Source: an uncultured Chloroflexia bacterium (GTDB lineage Bacteria > Chloroflexota > Limnocylindria > Limnocylindrales > CSP1-4). Taken from it: a stretch of DNA of 64,000 nucleotides. The stretch is from assembly GCA_963704935.1 (NCBI GenBank), contig CAVPIF010000003.1:1279652-1343651 (forward strand), read 5' to 3'. Positions 53,352 through 63,184 of the stretch are shown piece by piece. The notes under the pieces are model-generated. The model was given only the letters and a program-made list of their open reading frames with translations, was not told the origin of the DNA and searched no databases. The number at the start of each line of letters is the position of its first letter. Position 1 is the stretch's first letter. The position numbers and the translations under genes are program-made.

Positions 53352-54746
53352 ATGCCCCCGATGGACCCCGACCGGATCCCGACCGAACCGACCACCGACG
53401 ACGAGCCGCCGGACGCGACCTCCCTCGCGACCGGTCCCTCCCAGGCTTCGACGTCACCGGCGGCCGGTCGTGGACGCCTGACGGGGATCAGCGGAGCCGT
53501 CGTCGCGTTCGCGTTGGTCGCGACGTTCAGCGCCGGGATCGGGGTGGGCGGAGCCGTTGCGACCGCGATCGGTGGCACGTCCACCACCCCGAGCCCAGCG
53601 TCCTCACCCGGACCGTCGGCGCCGACCGGATTCGGTCTCATCCGGGAGGCGTGGGACACGCTCCACGAGAAGTACGTCGGCCGCGACGACCTCGACGATC
53701 GTGCCCTGATCTACGGTGCGGTCGATGGCCTGACCCAGGCCGTCGGCGACACCGGCCACACGGACTTCATGACGCCGCAGGAGCGCGCGGCCCGCAACGA
53801 CGCGCTGGCCGGATCATATGTGGGCATCGGCGTTCGGATCGACCTGTCGAACGACGGCCGACCCACCATCATCGACGTCTTCGCCGATGGCCCGGGCGCG
53901 ACCGCCGGCCTGCTCGCGGGCGACGTGATCGTGGAGGTCGACGGTCTCCCGACGAACGACCTCACCGTCGACGCCGTGGCCGACCGGATCCGCGGGGAGG
54001 CCGGGACGACCGTGACGATCACGGTCATGGCCGGCGGCGTCGGTCCCGAGCGCACGTACGAGCTCACCCGCGCCGACGTCCCGATCCATCCGGTGTCGTG
54101 GGCGCTGGTGCCCGGCACGGCGACCGCCCTGATCCGCCTCGACCAGTTCTCGAACGGCGCGGCGGACGACATCGTGGAGGCACTGCGCGACGCGCGTGCG
54201 CAGGGGGCGGAACGGGTGGTCCTGGACCTGCGCGGCAATCCCGGCGGCTACGTCAATGAGGCGATCGGCGTGGCGAGCCAGTTCCTGGAGGACGGGGTCG
54301 TCTACATCGAGCGCGATGCGCAAGGCAAGGAGACGCCGTCCGAGGTGACACCCGGCGGCGTCGCGACCGATCTCCCCCTCGTGGTGCTGGTGGACGGGTC
54401 GACCGCCAGCGCGGCCGAGATCGTGTCCGGCGCCCTCCAGGATGCCGGACGCGCCCAGGTCATCGGCGAGACGACGTACGGGACCGGCACGGTCCTGGGC
54501 GAATTCGTGCTGTCCGACGGCTCGGCCCTGCGAATCGGGACAGTGGAGTGGCTGACCCCCGACGGCCGTCGGATCTGGCACGAGGGGATCGCCCCGGACG
54601 TGCCCCTCACCCAGCCGGATGGGGCGACGGCGCTTGGACCGGACGAGATCGCGGCACTGTCTCCGGCGGAGGTCGGGGCGATCGGCGATGCGCAGCTGGT
54701 GCGTGCCCTGGAGCTGGTCTCGACGGAGGCGATCGCCTCGAGCTGA
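53352..54746 (+). CDS. S41-family C-terminal processing protease (CtpA-like, with PDZ domain)
   Basis: YVGIG, LDLRGNPGG, TASAAEIVSGALQD, GETTYGTG, W.TPDG. Confidence 0.92.
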   Translation: MPPMDPDRIPTEPTTDDEPPDATSLATGPSQASTSPAAGRGRLTGISGAVVAFALVATFSAGIGVGGAVATAIGGTSTTPSPASSPGPSAPTGFGLIREAWDTLHEKYVGRDDLDDRALIYGAVDGLTQAVGDTGHTDFMTPQERAARNDALAGSYVGIGVRIDLSNDGRPTIIDVFADGPGATAGLLAGDVIVEVDGLPTNDLTVDAVADRIRGEAGTTVTITVMAGGVGPERTYELTRADVPIHPVSWALVPGTATALIRLDQFSNGAADDIVEALRDARAQGAERVVLDLRGNPGGYVNEAIGVASQFLEDGVVYIERDAQGKETPSEVTPGGVATDLPLVVLVDGSTASAAEIVSGALQDAGRAQVIGETTYGTGTVLGEFVLSDGSALRIGTVEWLTPDGRRIWHEGIAPDVPLTQPDGATALGPDEIAALSPAEVGAIGDAQLVRALELVSTEAIASS

Positions 54747-54763
54747 GGGCGGACGCGGGGGGC

Positions 54764-55480
54764 TCAGCCCCGATCGACCGACCGCGTCACGATGATCCCG
54801 TCCGCGTCGGCGACGAGGATCGCAGCGGGCCGGAAGGTGGCTTCACCGAACCGGACGTCCACGTCCACCTCGCCGAGACCGACCTTCGCGCTGCGTCGCG
54901 GATGGGCGCCCAGCGCCCGGATCCCGATGGGCAGCCGCGCCAGGGCGTCCACGTCTCGAACGCACCCGTGGATGACGATGCCGGCCCAGCCGTGCTCCAC
55001 GGCCAGCGTCGCGACGAGCGCTCCGAGCAGGGCCGTCCGACGGGACCCGCCCCCGTCCACGACCACCACCTGCCCCTCGCCCGGGGTCCCGAGCATGCGC
55101 CGCAGCAGCACGTTGTCCTCGTGGCAGCGCACCGTCCGGACGCGCCCGGAGAACCGGGTGACGCCCCCGAAGTCGGCGAGGACGAGCTCGCACGCTTCGT
55201 AGCCGTCCGGGTCGGCGTCGAACAGGTCCGCGGTCGACGGGGAGTCCTCCGGTCGGTCGGGGCGCTGCGCGGGATCGGCGTCGGCCGCCGGCAGCACGAT
55301 CGCCAGGTCGCCCGGGTCCTCACCGCTCAGGCCGCGGACCGGGGCTCCCTTGCGGACCAGCTCGTGCGGCGGCGGGAGGTTGCGCATGATCTGCTGGTCG
55401 AACCCGGCCAGCATCCCGCCGAGGGTCTCTCCCGCGGGCGTCCGCCGACGAGACCGCTTGATCCGGTCGGCGTCCGACAT
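54764..55480 (-). CDS. rraA: RraA/HMG-aldolase family protein with ~80-aa N-terminal extension
   Basis: TADLFD, FSGRVRTVRCHEDN, VVDGGGS..ALLG, GCVRD, ADADG. Confidence 0.8.
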   Translation of the reverse strand: MSDADRIKRSRRRTPAGETLGGMLAGFDQQIMRNLPPPHELVRKGAPVRGLSGEDPGDLAIVLPAADADPAQRPDRPEDSPSTADLFDADPDGYEACELVLADFGGVTRFSGRVRTVRCHEDNVLLRRMLGTPGEGQVVVVDGGGSRRTALLGALVATLAVEHGWAGIVIHGCVRDVDALARLPIGIRALGAHPRRSAKVGLGEVDVDVRFGEATFRPAAILVADADGIIVTRSVDRG

Positions 55481-55574
55481 CGTTTCGTCCTCTCCGCATA
55501 GAGTGGCTGAAGCGCACGGTCGGCGACGGCACGGAGCTCGGCGGCGGCGCGGGCGTCACCGACTGTACCCGGTG

Positions 55575-55810
55575 GACGTGTTCGTGCGCAGCGCGTGCGA
55601 GCCCTGCCCCGTTCGCTGGGAGCGAACGAATCCGAGCGCTGCGCGGTCAGGTGGCTCGTCACGAGGCGAGTCGCGGCACGGAGCGACCTCCGCGCTCGCT
55701 CGTCGCGAACACGCGGCGTCCGCCGAGGTCGGGACCGAGGCGGGCAGGTTCCGATCTTGAGTCTCGCCGGCCCTGGGCCCGCGATCGTTCGCGGCGAGCG
55801 AACACGGGGC
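55575..55810. repeat. REP-like spaced palindrome array B (related to array A, inverted)
   Basis: Units at 55610, 55693 and 55786. Confidence 0.65.
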
Positions 55811-55861
55811 GAACCGCGCCTCACCCGAGGCGGTCGCCCGGCACGGTCGGCCCCACCGCGG

Positions 55862-57457
55862 CTAGAGCAGCTCCCCGTGCGCGGAGCCGGTGGGTTCGCC
55901 GTCGCGCGGACGGGGCTCCTCGCCGGGCGGGTAGTCCGGGACCGCGGTCGTTCCGGCGGCGACGGCCGGCGCGTCGGGTTCACCGCCCGCCTCCAGTACC
56001 CTGCGCGGTGCCCCTGCCTGACCCTGGATCGCCCCGACCCCGAACGGCACCCACTTGGATGGATCCTGGAGCCGATGTGCCTCCGTGTTGCCGCGCGCAT
56101 GGACCTCCTCGAAGCCCTTCGGCTCGATCCACATCGCCTCGCCCTCGAGCAGTCCGAGGACGCCGGATTGGCCGGGCTCCGGGCGCTCGTGCTGGCAGTA
56201 CGTGCAGGCCGCCTGGTCGTGCTTGCGGTAGGTCTCGGGCTCCTCGTAGGTCGTGATGTAGCCCTCGTAGTTGCGGAGCACGACCTTGTGGTCTGAGTAC
56301 GAGATGAGGTAGTTCGGCATGACCGGGATCTTGCCGCCGCCGCCGGGCGCGTCGATGACGTAGGTCGGGACCGCGTAGCCGGAGGTGTGCCCGCGCAGGC
56401 CCTCCATGATCTCCAGGCCCTTGCCGACCGGCGTCCGGAAATGACCCGAACCCTCCACCAGGTCGCACTGGTAGAGGTAATACGGGCGGATCCGGTTCGC
56501 CACGAGCTTGTGGACCAGCGCGCGCTGGATGTGGACGCAGTCGTTCACCCCGGCCAGCAGCACGCTCTGGTTGCCGACGGGGAGTCCGGCCTTCGAGAGC
56601 TTGTCGACCGCGCGAGAGACCTCCGGCGTGATCTCGTTCGGGTGGTTGAAGTGCAGGTTGATCCACAGCGGGTGGTACTTCTCGAGCACCTCGCACAACT
56701 CGTCGTCGATCCGCTGCGGCAGGAAGACCGGCACCCGCGACCCGATCCGGATGATCTCGATATGGGGGATCTCGCGCAGCCCCTTGAGGATCGCCTCGAA
56801 CAGCTTGGGCGCGAGCGTCAGGCCGTCGCCGCCGGAGATGAGGACGTCGCGGACCTGCGGTGTCCGGCGCAGGTACTCCAGCTGGGCCTCGTGGTCCTTG
56901 CGGTTGAAGTTCTGGGTCGCGTCACCAACGATCCGCGATCGCGTGCAGTACCGGCAGTACGACGCGCACTGGGTCGTGACCAGCATCAGGACACGGTCCG
57001 GGTAGCGGTGGACCAGTCCAGGGACCGGGGAATGCCGGTCCTCGGCGAGCGAGTCCTCCATCATCGCCGTGAAGGCTTCCTGTTCGCGGCCCAGCGGGAT
57101 GACCTGGCGCCGGATCGGGTCGCCGGGGTCGTCCGGGTCGATCAACGAGATGAAGTACGGCGTGACGTCCACCCGGAACTTGTCCGGCGCGGACAAGCCT
57201 TCGCGCTCCTCCGGCGTCAGGTTCAGGATCTTCTCGATCTCGTCGAGGTCGTTGACCCGGTTGGAGAGCTGCCAGCGCCAGTCGTTCCACTGCGCGTCGG
57301 GAACGTCCTCGTAGATCCGAGCCCGTCGGCTCGCGGCGGGGCGGCCGTCCGGACCGAGCGCCAGGGCCGGGTCCGCGAGGTTCACGAACGGAGCCTCGGC
57401 GAGAGCGCGGGTCGCGTCCTGGTGAGCGACGGCGGTCTTGATCTCCTGGCTATCCAC
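55862..57457 (-). CDS. kamA: Lysine 2,3-aminomutase (radical SAM/PLP)
   Basis: WNDWRWQ, HRYPDR, CASYCRYCTR, HFNHP, PYYLYQCD, DAPGGGGKIP, LRNYEG; alternative ATG at 57508. Confidence 0.92.
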   Translation of the reverse strand: MDSQEIKTAVAHQDATRALAEAPFVNLADPALALGPDGRPAASRRARIYEDVPDAQWNDWRWQLSNRVNDLDEIEKILNLTPEEREGLSAPDKFRVDVTPYFISLIDPDDPGDPIRRQVIPLGREQEAFTAMMEDSLAEDRHSPVPGLVHRYPDRVLMLVTTQCASYCRYCTRSRIVGDATQNFNRKDHEAQLEYLRRTPQVRDVLISGGDGLTLAPKLFEAILKGLREIPHIEIIRIGSRVPVFLPQRIDDELCEVLEKYHPLWINLHFNHPNEITPEVSRAVDKLSKAGLPVGNQSVLLAGVNDCVHIQRALVHKLVANRIRPYYLYQCDLVEGSGHFRTPVGKGLEIMEGLRGHTSGYAVPTYVIDAPGGGGKIPVMPNYLISYSDHKVVLRNYEGYITTYEEPETYRKHDQAACTYCQHERPEPGQSGVLGLLEGEAMWIEPKGFEEVHARGNTEAHRLQDPSKWVPFGVGAIQGQAGAPRRVLEAGGEPDAPAVAAGTTAVPDYPPGEEPRPRDGEPTGSAHGELL

Positions 57458-57637
57458 GCGTTCGATCTCCCGTCTCGGCGGCCGCGGTCGGAGGTCAGTG
57501 GGTTGCATAGAAAGTATGCACCCTGCAAGTCCGCGCATGATAGCGCCGGGTCGCGCCCGGGTCCAGCGCCGCGGCGCCGGAATCAGACGGCCCCGGCGGA
57601 TGCCGGGGCCGATGGGCAACGGGGGATCCTTGGCCGC

Positions 57638-57970
57638 CTACTCCCCGATGACCGCCCAGAGCAGGCCCATCATGATGAAGAAACCGGAGAACAGCGCGAT
57701 CAGCCCCAGGGCACCGTACGGGGAACTGGCGCCCACGTGCGGGACCAACTGGAGCACGACTCCGAAGAAGACGGCCCAGCCGATGAACAGGAACGTGAAC
57801 AGGAACTTGGCGTTCACGTTCGTCACGAGGCGGACCCAACGGCGGCCGCCCTCGGTCGCCAGGGCGGACTTCAGGACGACCCCGAGCATCACGATCACGA
57901 CCCCGGCGGAGATCGCGAATGCGACGAGCGACTCCGGCATGCTGCTGAAGGGCGCGAGAAGCAGGTTCAC
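57638..57970 (-). CDS. Small hypothetical membrane protein (3 TM)
   Basis: AGGAG RBS, TAGCAT -10 further upstream, hydrophobic helices. Confidence 0.7.
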   Translation of the reverse strand: MNLLLAPFSSMPESLVAFAISAGVVIVMLGVVLKSALATEGGRRWVRLVTNVNAKFLFTFLFIGWAVFFGVVLQLVPHVGASSPYGALGLIALFSGFFIMMGLLWAVIGE

Positions 57971-58143
57971 GGTCGAGCGTCTCCTGGGTCGCCGATGGCC
58001 GAACGCCGAGATGCTAGCACGCGACGAGGTCCGTCCACCCGGTGTCTCCGGCCGAATCGGTGGCACGACCGCTACGATGACCGCGCGGCCGCGCAGCCGC
58101 CCGGCCGACCAGCCGCGTGACGCTCGGACCCGAACCTCCTGAC

Positions 58144-60421
58144 GTGAACCCCTTCGATCGACTCGGCCGTCTCGCCGTGCACCATGCCCGACTCGTCGTC
58201 GGCGGCTGGGCGCTCCTCCTCGCCCTCGCGGTACCCCTCGCGCCCCAGGTCCCCGGAGCGCTGTCGCGCCGGTGGGTTCATCCTCGACGACCTCGAATCC
58301 GCCCGGGCGAAGGCCGTTCTCGAGGACGGCCTCGGGGCGCCGCCGTCCGCGCTCGTGGTGGTGTTCTCCAGCGATGACCTCGTCGCGGGAACCCCGGGTT
58401 TCGAACTGGCCGCAGCGGCGGCGATGCGGGACGTCGCGAGTGCCCCGCACGTCGCCGGCGTCGTCTCGCATCTCCTCCAGCCGCGCCAGGTCTCGGCCGA
58501 CGGCCACACCGCCTACGACATCGTGCTGTTGGACCTTGCGCCCGATGCCTCCCCGGAGGCGGTACCGATCCTGCGCGAGCGGTTGCGCGAAGCGCCAGGG
58601 CTGCGCGTGGAGCTTGCCGGTGGCCCGGCGTTCTACGGCGACGTGCAGGCCGTCAGCGAACGGGACCTGCAACGCAGCGAGCTCATCTCCCTGCCGCTCG
58701 CCGCGCTGGCGCTGCTCCTGGTCTTCGGATCGGTCGTCGCCGCCGGGCTGCCGTTGGTGGTCGGCGGCACCTCCGTCGTGGTCGCCCTCGCGGCCATCTT
58801 CGTCGTCGCCTCGCTGACCCCGATGAGCATCTTCGTGCTGAACCTGGCGACCCTCCTGGGCCTCGGCCTGGGCGTCGACTACTCCCTGTTGATGACGAGC
58901 CGGTTCCGCGAGGAGCTGGCGAAGCGACCGACGGACGCCCCCGACCGGGTCGAGGATGCGGTCCGGATCACCGTCGCGACTGCGGGACGGGCCGTGTTCT
59001 TCAGTGGACTGACGGTCCTGCTGGGTCTGCTCGGTCTCGTGCTGTTCGAGTTCATGATCCTGCGCTCGGTCGGGATCGCGGGCGCGATCGTCGTCGGCCT
59101 CGCGGTCGCCGCCGCCCTCACGCTCCTGCCGGCACTGCTGACGCTCATCGGACCACGGCTGGACCGGTTCGCCGTCCGACGCGTCGCGGTCGCGCCCGGC
59201 AACGACGGGCCGTGGGCCAGGCTCGCCCGCCGGGTCATGCGACGACCGTTCGCCGTGCTGGTGCCGACCCTGGCGGTGCTCGTCGTGCTCGGTTCGCCGT
59301 TCGCCCACGTCCGGTTCAACGCCCCGGACTCCAGCATCCTCCCCGCGCACGTGCCGTCACGCCAGGCGTTCGACCGACTGCGCACGGAATTCGGTGAGGG
59401 CGAGTTCGCCCCGATCACGCTCGCCATCCGGACGGATGGTGACGCGACCACCCCCGAGAACGTCGCCCGGCTCTACGACTACTCGCGTCGTCTTGGGACC
59501 GACCCGCGGGTCGGCCGGGTCGAGAGCCTGGTGGACGTCGATCCGCGGATGACCCTCGCCCAGTACCAGCTCCTGTACGGCGACCCGAACGGGCCGAGGG
59601 ACCGGTTCGTGGCCACCGGGCTGGCGGCGACCACCCGGCGTGACCTGACGGCGTTCACGATCTTCACGCCGTTCGGTCCGAACCGCGAGGAGGGACGGTC
59701 GCTCGTCGCGGACCTGCGCGCGATGGCCGGGCCACTGTCCCCGCCGGCCGGGGTCACGGTCCTGGTGGGCGGTGGGGCAGCCGACGTCACGGACGTCGTC
59801 GACCGGGTCGCCGCCGACTTCCCGCGGACGGCGGCATTCATCGTCGTGACCACCTACCTGGTCCTGTTCGTGCTGCTCCGCTCCGTCGTGCTGCCGGCCA
59901 AGGCGCTGATCATGAACAGCCTGTCGCTGACCGCCAGCTTCGGCGCCCTCGTCTGGATCTTCCAGGACGGCAACCTGTCGGCCCTGCTCGGCTTCCAGCC
60001 GCTCGGGTTCGTGGAGACGACCCTGCCGGTCATCCTCTTCTGCGTCCTGTTCGGCCTGTCGATGGACTACGAGGTCTTCCTGCTGTCGCGCATGAAGGAG
60101 GCGTGGGACCGGACCGGCGACAACGCCGAGGCCGTGGCCCGCGGCCTGGAGCGGAGTGGCCGGATCGTCACGAGCGCCGCCCTGATCGTCGTGGTCGTCG
60201 CCGGGTCGTTCGCATTCGCCGACATCGTCCTGATCAAGGCGCTGGGGCTCGGCGTCGCCATCGCGGTCGCCCTCGATGCGACCGTCGTCCGAGCGCTGCT
60301 CGTGCCGGCGACGATGCGCCTGCTCGGCCGATGGAACTGGTGGATGCCGGCCACCCTGGAGCGGTTCGTCGGCAACCGCCTGCCGGCGTCCGAGGCCGAC
60401 GTGGAGGCGTCACTCCGATGA
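58144..60421 (+). CDS. MMPL/RND-family transporter; frameshift near 58268
   Basis: N-terminal FDRLGRL...LVVGGW in ORF 58117..58377; GLGLGVDYSLL..SRFREE, TAGRAVFFSG, FGLSMDYEVFLLSR, DATVVR. Confidence 0.92.
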
Positions 60422-61662
60422 CGACCATGTCCCACCGCCGAACGATCGCGCTCCGCCCGGTCCGAACGGCCGTCGTCACGTCGCTCACGGCCGCCCTCCT
60501 CCTCGGCGCGTGCACCACGGCTGGCGCGCCGATCCTCGCCAACCCGACCGCACCCCGGTCGTCCGCCCGCCCGGCGACGGCTCCGCCGGTCGCCATCGCC
60601 GATCCACTCCCCGTGGTCCTGCCACGGGACGACGGGCCGCACGACCGCCTGACCGAATGGTGGTACTACACCGGCCACCTGTCCGGCACGGATGACGCAG
60701 GTGTGACCCGGGATCTCGGGTTCGAGTACGTCATCTTCCGGGCGGAGCGTGGCGCCTTCCCGACCACGTGGGCTTCGCATCTCGCTGTCACGGACGAGAC
60801 CGGAGGTCGGTTCCTGTACGCGCAGCGACTCGGGGTCGGCGACGACGTCGATCGTTCGCCACGCGACGCCGACGGGGTCCCGACCGGTTTCGATCTCGCG
60901 CTGACGGGCATCGACCCGACAGACCCCGCCACGTTCGGTCGCCCCGCATGGTCGATGCGCGGATCCGCCGGCCGCGACCGGCTCGAGGCGGACCTCGCAC
61001 CCGGCGAAGCCGCCGCGGCGGGCACCCCGGCCGGGCTCGGGCTGACTCTCGACCTCCGGGCCCGCAAGGCGCCGGTGCTCCACGATCTGGATGGCTGGAT
61101 CGACTTCGGACCTGCCGGTGGTTCCTATTACTACTCGCGCACGGCCATGGACGCGACCGGCGACGTCCGGCTGGACGGGATGACGCTGGACGTGACCGGG
61201 ACGGCCTGGTTCGACCACCAGTGGGGCGACTTCATCAGCGTGGGCGGCGGCGGCTGGGACTGGTTCGCGGTCAACCTGGACGACGGGACGGACCTGACCG
61301 TCTCCCTGGTCCGCGACGCCGACGGCAGCTACCCGCTCGTGTATGGGACGATCGTGGCCGCCGACGGCTCGGCCCGGCACCTGGAGCGCGACGCCTTCTC
61401 GGTGGAGGTCACCGATCGTTGGGTCAGCCCGGCCACAGGGGCCGACTACCCGGCCGGCTGGACGATCGGCATCCCGTCGGACGACCTCGTCGTCGACCTT
61501 CGGCCCACGGTCGCCGCACAGGAGCTCGACACGCGGGCGACGACCGGGGTCGTGTACTGGGAGGGGTCGCAGCAGGTCCGCGCGACCCGCGGAACCGCCG
61601 CGTTCGGTGGCCAGGCCTACGTGGAACTGACCGGCTACGCGCCGTCGATGGCGCGCCCGTGA
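60418..61662 (+). CDS. CrtC/AttH-type lipocalin-like lipoprotein
   Basis: Lipobox LGAC; EWWYYTGHL, SYYYS, WFDHQWG, GWDWF, YWEG, YVELTGY. Confidence 0.88.
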   Translation: MTTMSHRRTIALRPVRTAVVTSLTAALLLGACTTAGAPILANPTAPRSSARPATAPPVAIADPLPVVLPRDDGPHDRLTEWWYYTGHLSGTDDAGVTRDLGFEYVIFRAERGAFPTTWASHLAVTDETGGRFLYAQRLGVGDDVDRSPRDADGVPTGFDLALTGIDPTDPATFGRPAWSMRGSAGRDRLEADLAPGEAAAAGTPAGLGLTLDLRARKAPVLHDLDGWIDFGPAGGSYYYSRTAMDATGDVRLDGMTLDVTGTAWFDHQWGDFISVGGGGWDWFAVNLDDGTDLTVSLVRDADGSYPLVYGTIVAADGSARHLERDAFSVEVTDRWVSPATGADYPAGWTIGIPSDDLVVDLRPTVAAQELDTRATTGVVYWEGSQQVRATRGTAAFGGQAYVELTGYAPSMARP

Positions 61663-61669
61663 CGCCCGA

Positions 61670-62467
61670 TCAGGGCGCCTCCGAGGCGGGCGCGGCCGGC
61701 GGCCCCGGCAACTCGACGTCGACCGTGGCGGCCAGCGCGCGTGCCGACGAATCGGCCACCTCAAGGCCGTCCAGGACGACCAGCATCGCGCGAGCCGCCT
61801 TGACGTAGGCCTTCGTGTTGTTGAGCGAGGCTGCGAGACCGGCGCGAGCCGTGTCGCCGACCCGGGCGTACAGGTTGATCAGGATGCTGGAGACGGCCGT
61901 GCCGTCAGGCCACGCGGCGACGCTCGGCGCGATCCGGTCGCCGAACGCGGCGTTCGATGCCATCGCGCGAAGGATCCTCGCGATCTCCGCGGTGGACGGC
62001 TTGGACGGCTTGATCGCGGCCCGCAGCCTCGCGGCATCGTCAGTGAGACGCTGGTTGAGCAGGGTGGACTGACTGAGGGCCGTCAGTGCGGCAGCCGGCA
62101 CGGCCTGACCAGCGGCCGGCACCAGGCCGCTGGCCACCGGTGCATCGCTCGGCGTCACCGCGGCAGCCGGCTCCATCGCCACATACAGCGACGGCCAGGC
62201 CACGAGCGAAATGGCCGCCATGACCCCACCGCCCAGGACCATGCCGGCGATCAGGCCGGACGCGATGAAGAAGGCGGCCATCGTGGCCTTGACGCCGATC
62301 AGGAGCCGCGTGGAGCAACCTGGGCACCTCCGCGTGCCGGCCACGATGGGCCGGGCGCAGACCGGGCAGTCCAGGATGTTGTCATCGGTTTCACCGATCG
62401 GGAACGAATCGTGCTGCCCACGCCGGTTGGCCCGGGCCGGCCTGCCGTGCACCGCGTCGATCGTCAT
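61670..62467 (-). CDS. Hypothetical zinc-ribbon membrane protein
   Basis: CPVC...CPGC followed by one TM segment and a helical tail; GAGGAG RBS. Confidence 0.7.
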   Translation of the reverse strand: MTIDAVHGRPARANRRGQHDSFPIGETDDNILDCPVCARPIVAGTRRCPGCSTRLLIGVKATMAAFFIASGLIAGMVLGGGVMAAISLVAWPSLYVAMEPAAAVTPSDAPVASGLVPAAGQAVPAAALTALSQSTLLNQRLTDDAARLRAAIKPSKPSTAEIARILRAMASNAAFGDRIAPSVAAWPDGTAVSSILINLYARVGDTARAGLAASLNNTKAYVKAARAMLVVLDGLEVADSSARALAATVDVELPGPPAAPASEAP

Positions 62468-62607
62468 CGTGCTCCTCGTGGCCGGATCACCCGGTCTCGT
62501 ATCGAGGAGTCTGATGCCGCACGGGGCGGCGGCGTAGCCGGACGATGGTCCCGCGGGCGACCGTACCGTCGGCGCGCCGAACCGCCGGGTGGCGGGATAC
62601 TGTGAGC

Positions 62608-63036
62608 ATGCGTCTGGAACTCACGCGTCGCGGCGACTATGCCGTGCGCGCCATGCTGTCCTTGTCCTTCGACGACACCAAGCCGTGGCAGAGCGCGACG
62701 CGGATCGCGTCAGACATGTCGATCCCGGCGCGCTTCCTCCCGCGCGTGCTGCGCGAGCTGGCGCGCGCCGGTCTCGTCGAGGCACGAACAGGTCGGACCG
62801 GTGGGTATCGCCTGGCCCGCCCCGCCAACACGATCACCCTGTACGACGTGATCGCCGCGGTCGAGCCGGAGGACGATGCCCGAAGGTGCGTGTTGCGCGG
62901 GATCCCGTGCGGCGCGGACGGGCGATGCGCCGTTCATGAGACATTCGAGCAGGCGCGCACCGCGTTGCAGGACCGCCTGGCCGGGGCGACGCTCGCCGAC
63001 GTCGGGCCACCACGGCGCCGGTCGTCCGGAGGGTAA
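62608..63036 (+). CDS. Rrf2-family transcriptional regulator (3 Cys)
   Basis: LTRRGDYAVRAM, G.TGGYRLAR, C.LRGIPC....RCAVH. Confidence 0.92.
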   Translation: MRLELTRRGDYAVRAMLSLSFDDTKPWQSATRIASDMSIPARFLPRVLRELARAGLVEARTGRTGGYRLARPANTITLYDVIAAVEPEDDARRCVLRGIPCGADGRCAVHETFEQARTALQDRLAGATLADVGPPRRRSSGG

Positions 63037-63184
63037 GCTGGGACCCACTCGGGACCCCGTTGCACTCCTGCCGACCGGCCCGCCCACGACGGGCCATCCG
63101 GCCCGTGGCGCCCGACCCGGTGACGGGCGAGCATTCACGTACCATCGCGGTACCTGTTTACACCGACCCTCCGGAGGCGACTCG

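Noticed and set aside
52941-55810. CRISPR array interpretation of the spaced palindromes
   Set aside because: Units are only ~19 bp and degenerate, there are three per array, spacers are ~53-74 bp and uneven, and no cas genes are present
63040-63060. Rrf2/NsrR operator upstream of nirK
   Set aside because: Only a GGGACCC direct repeat; no convincing palindrome and no match to the CCGAS-N7-GTCGG motif
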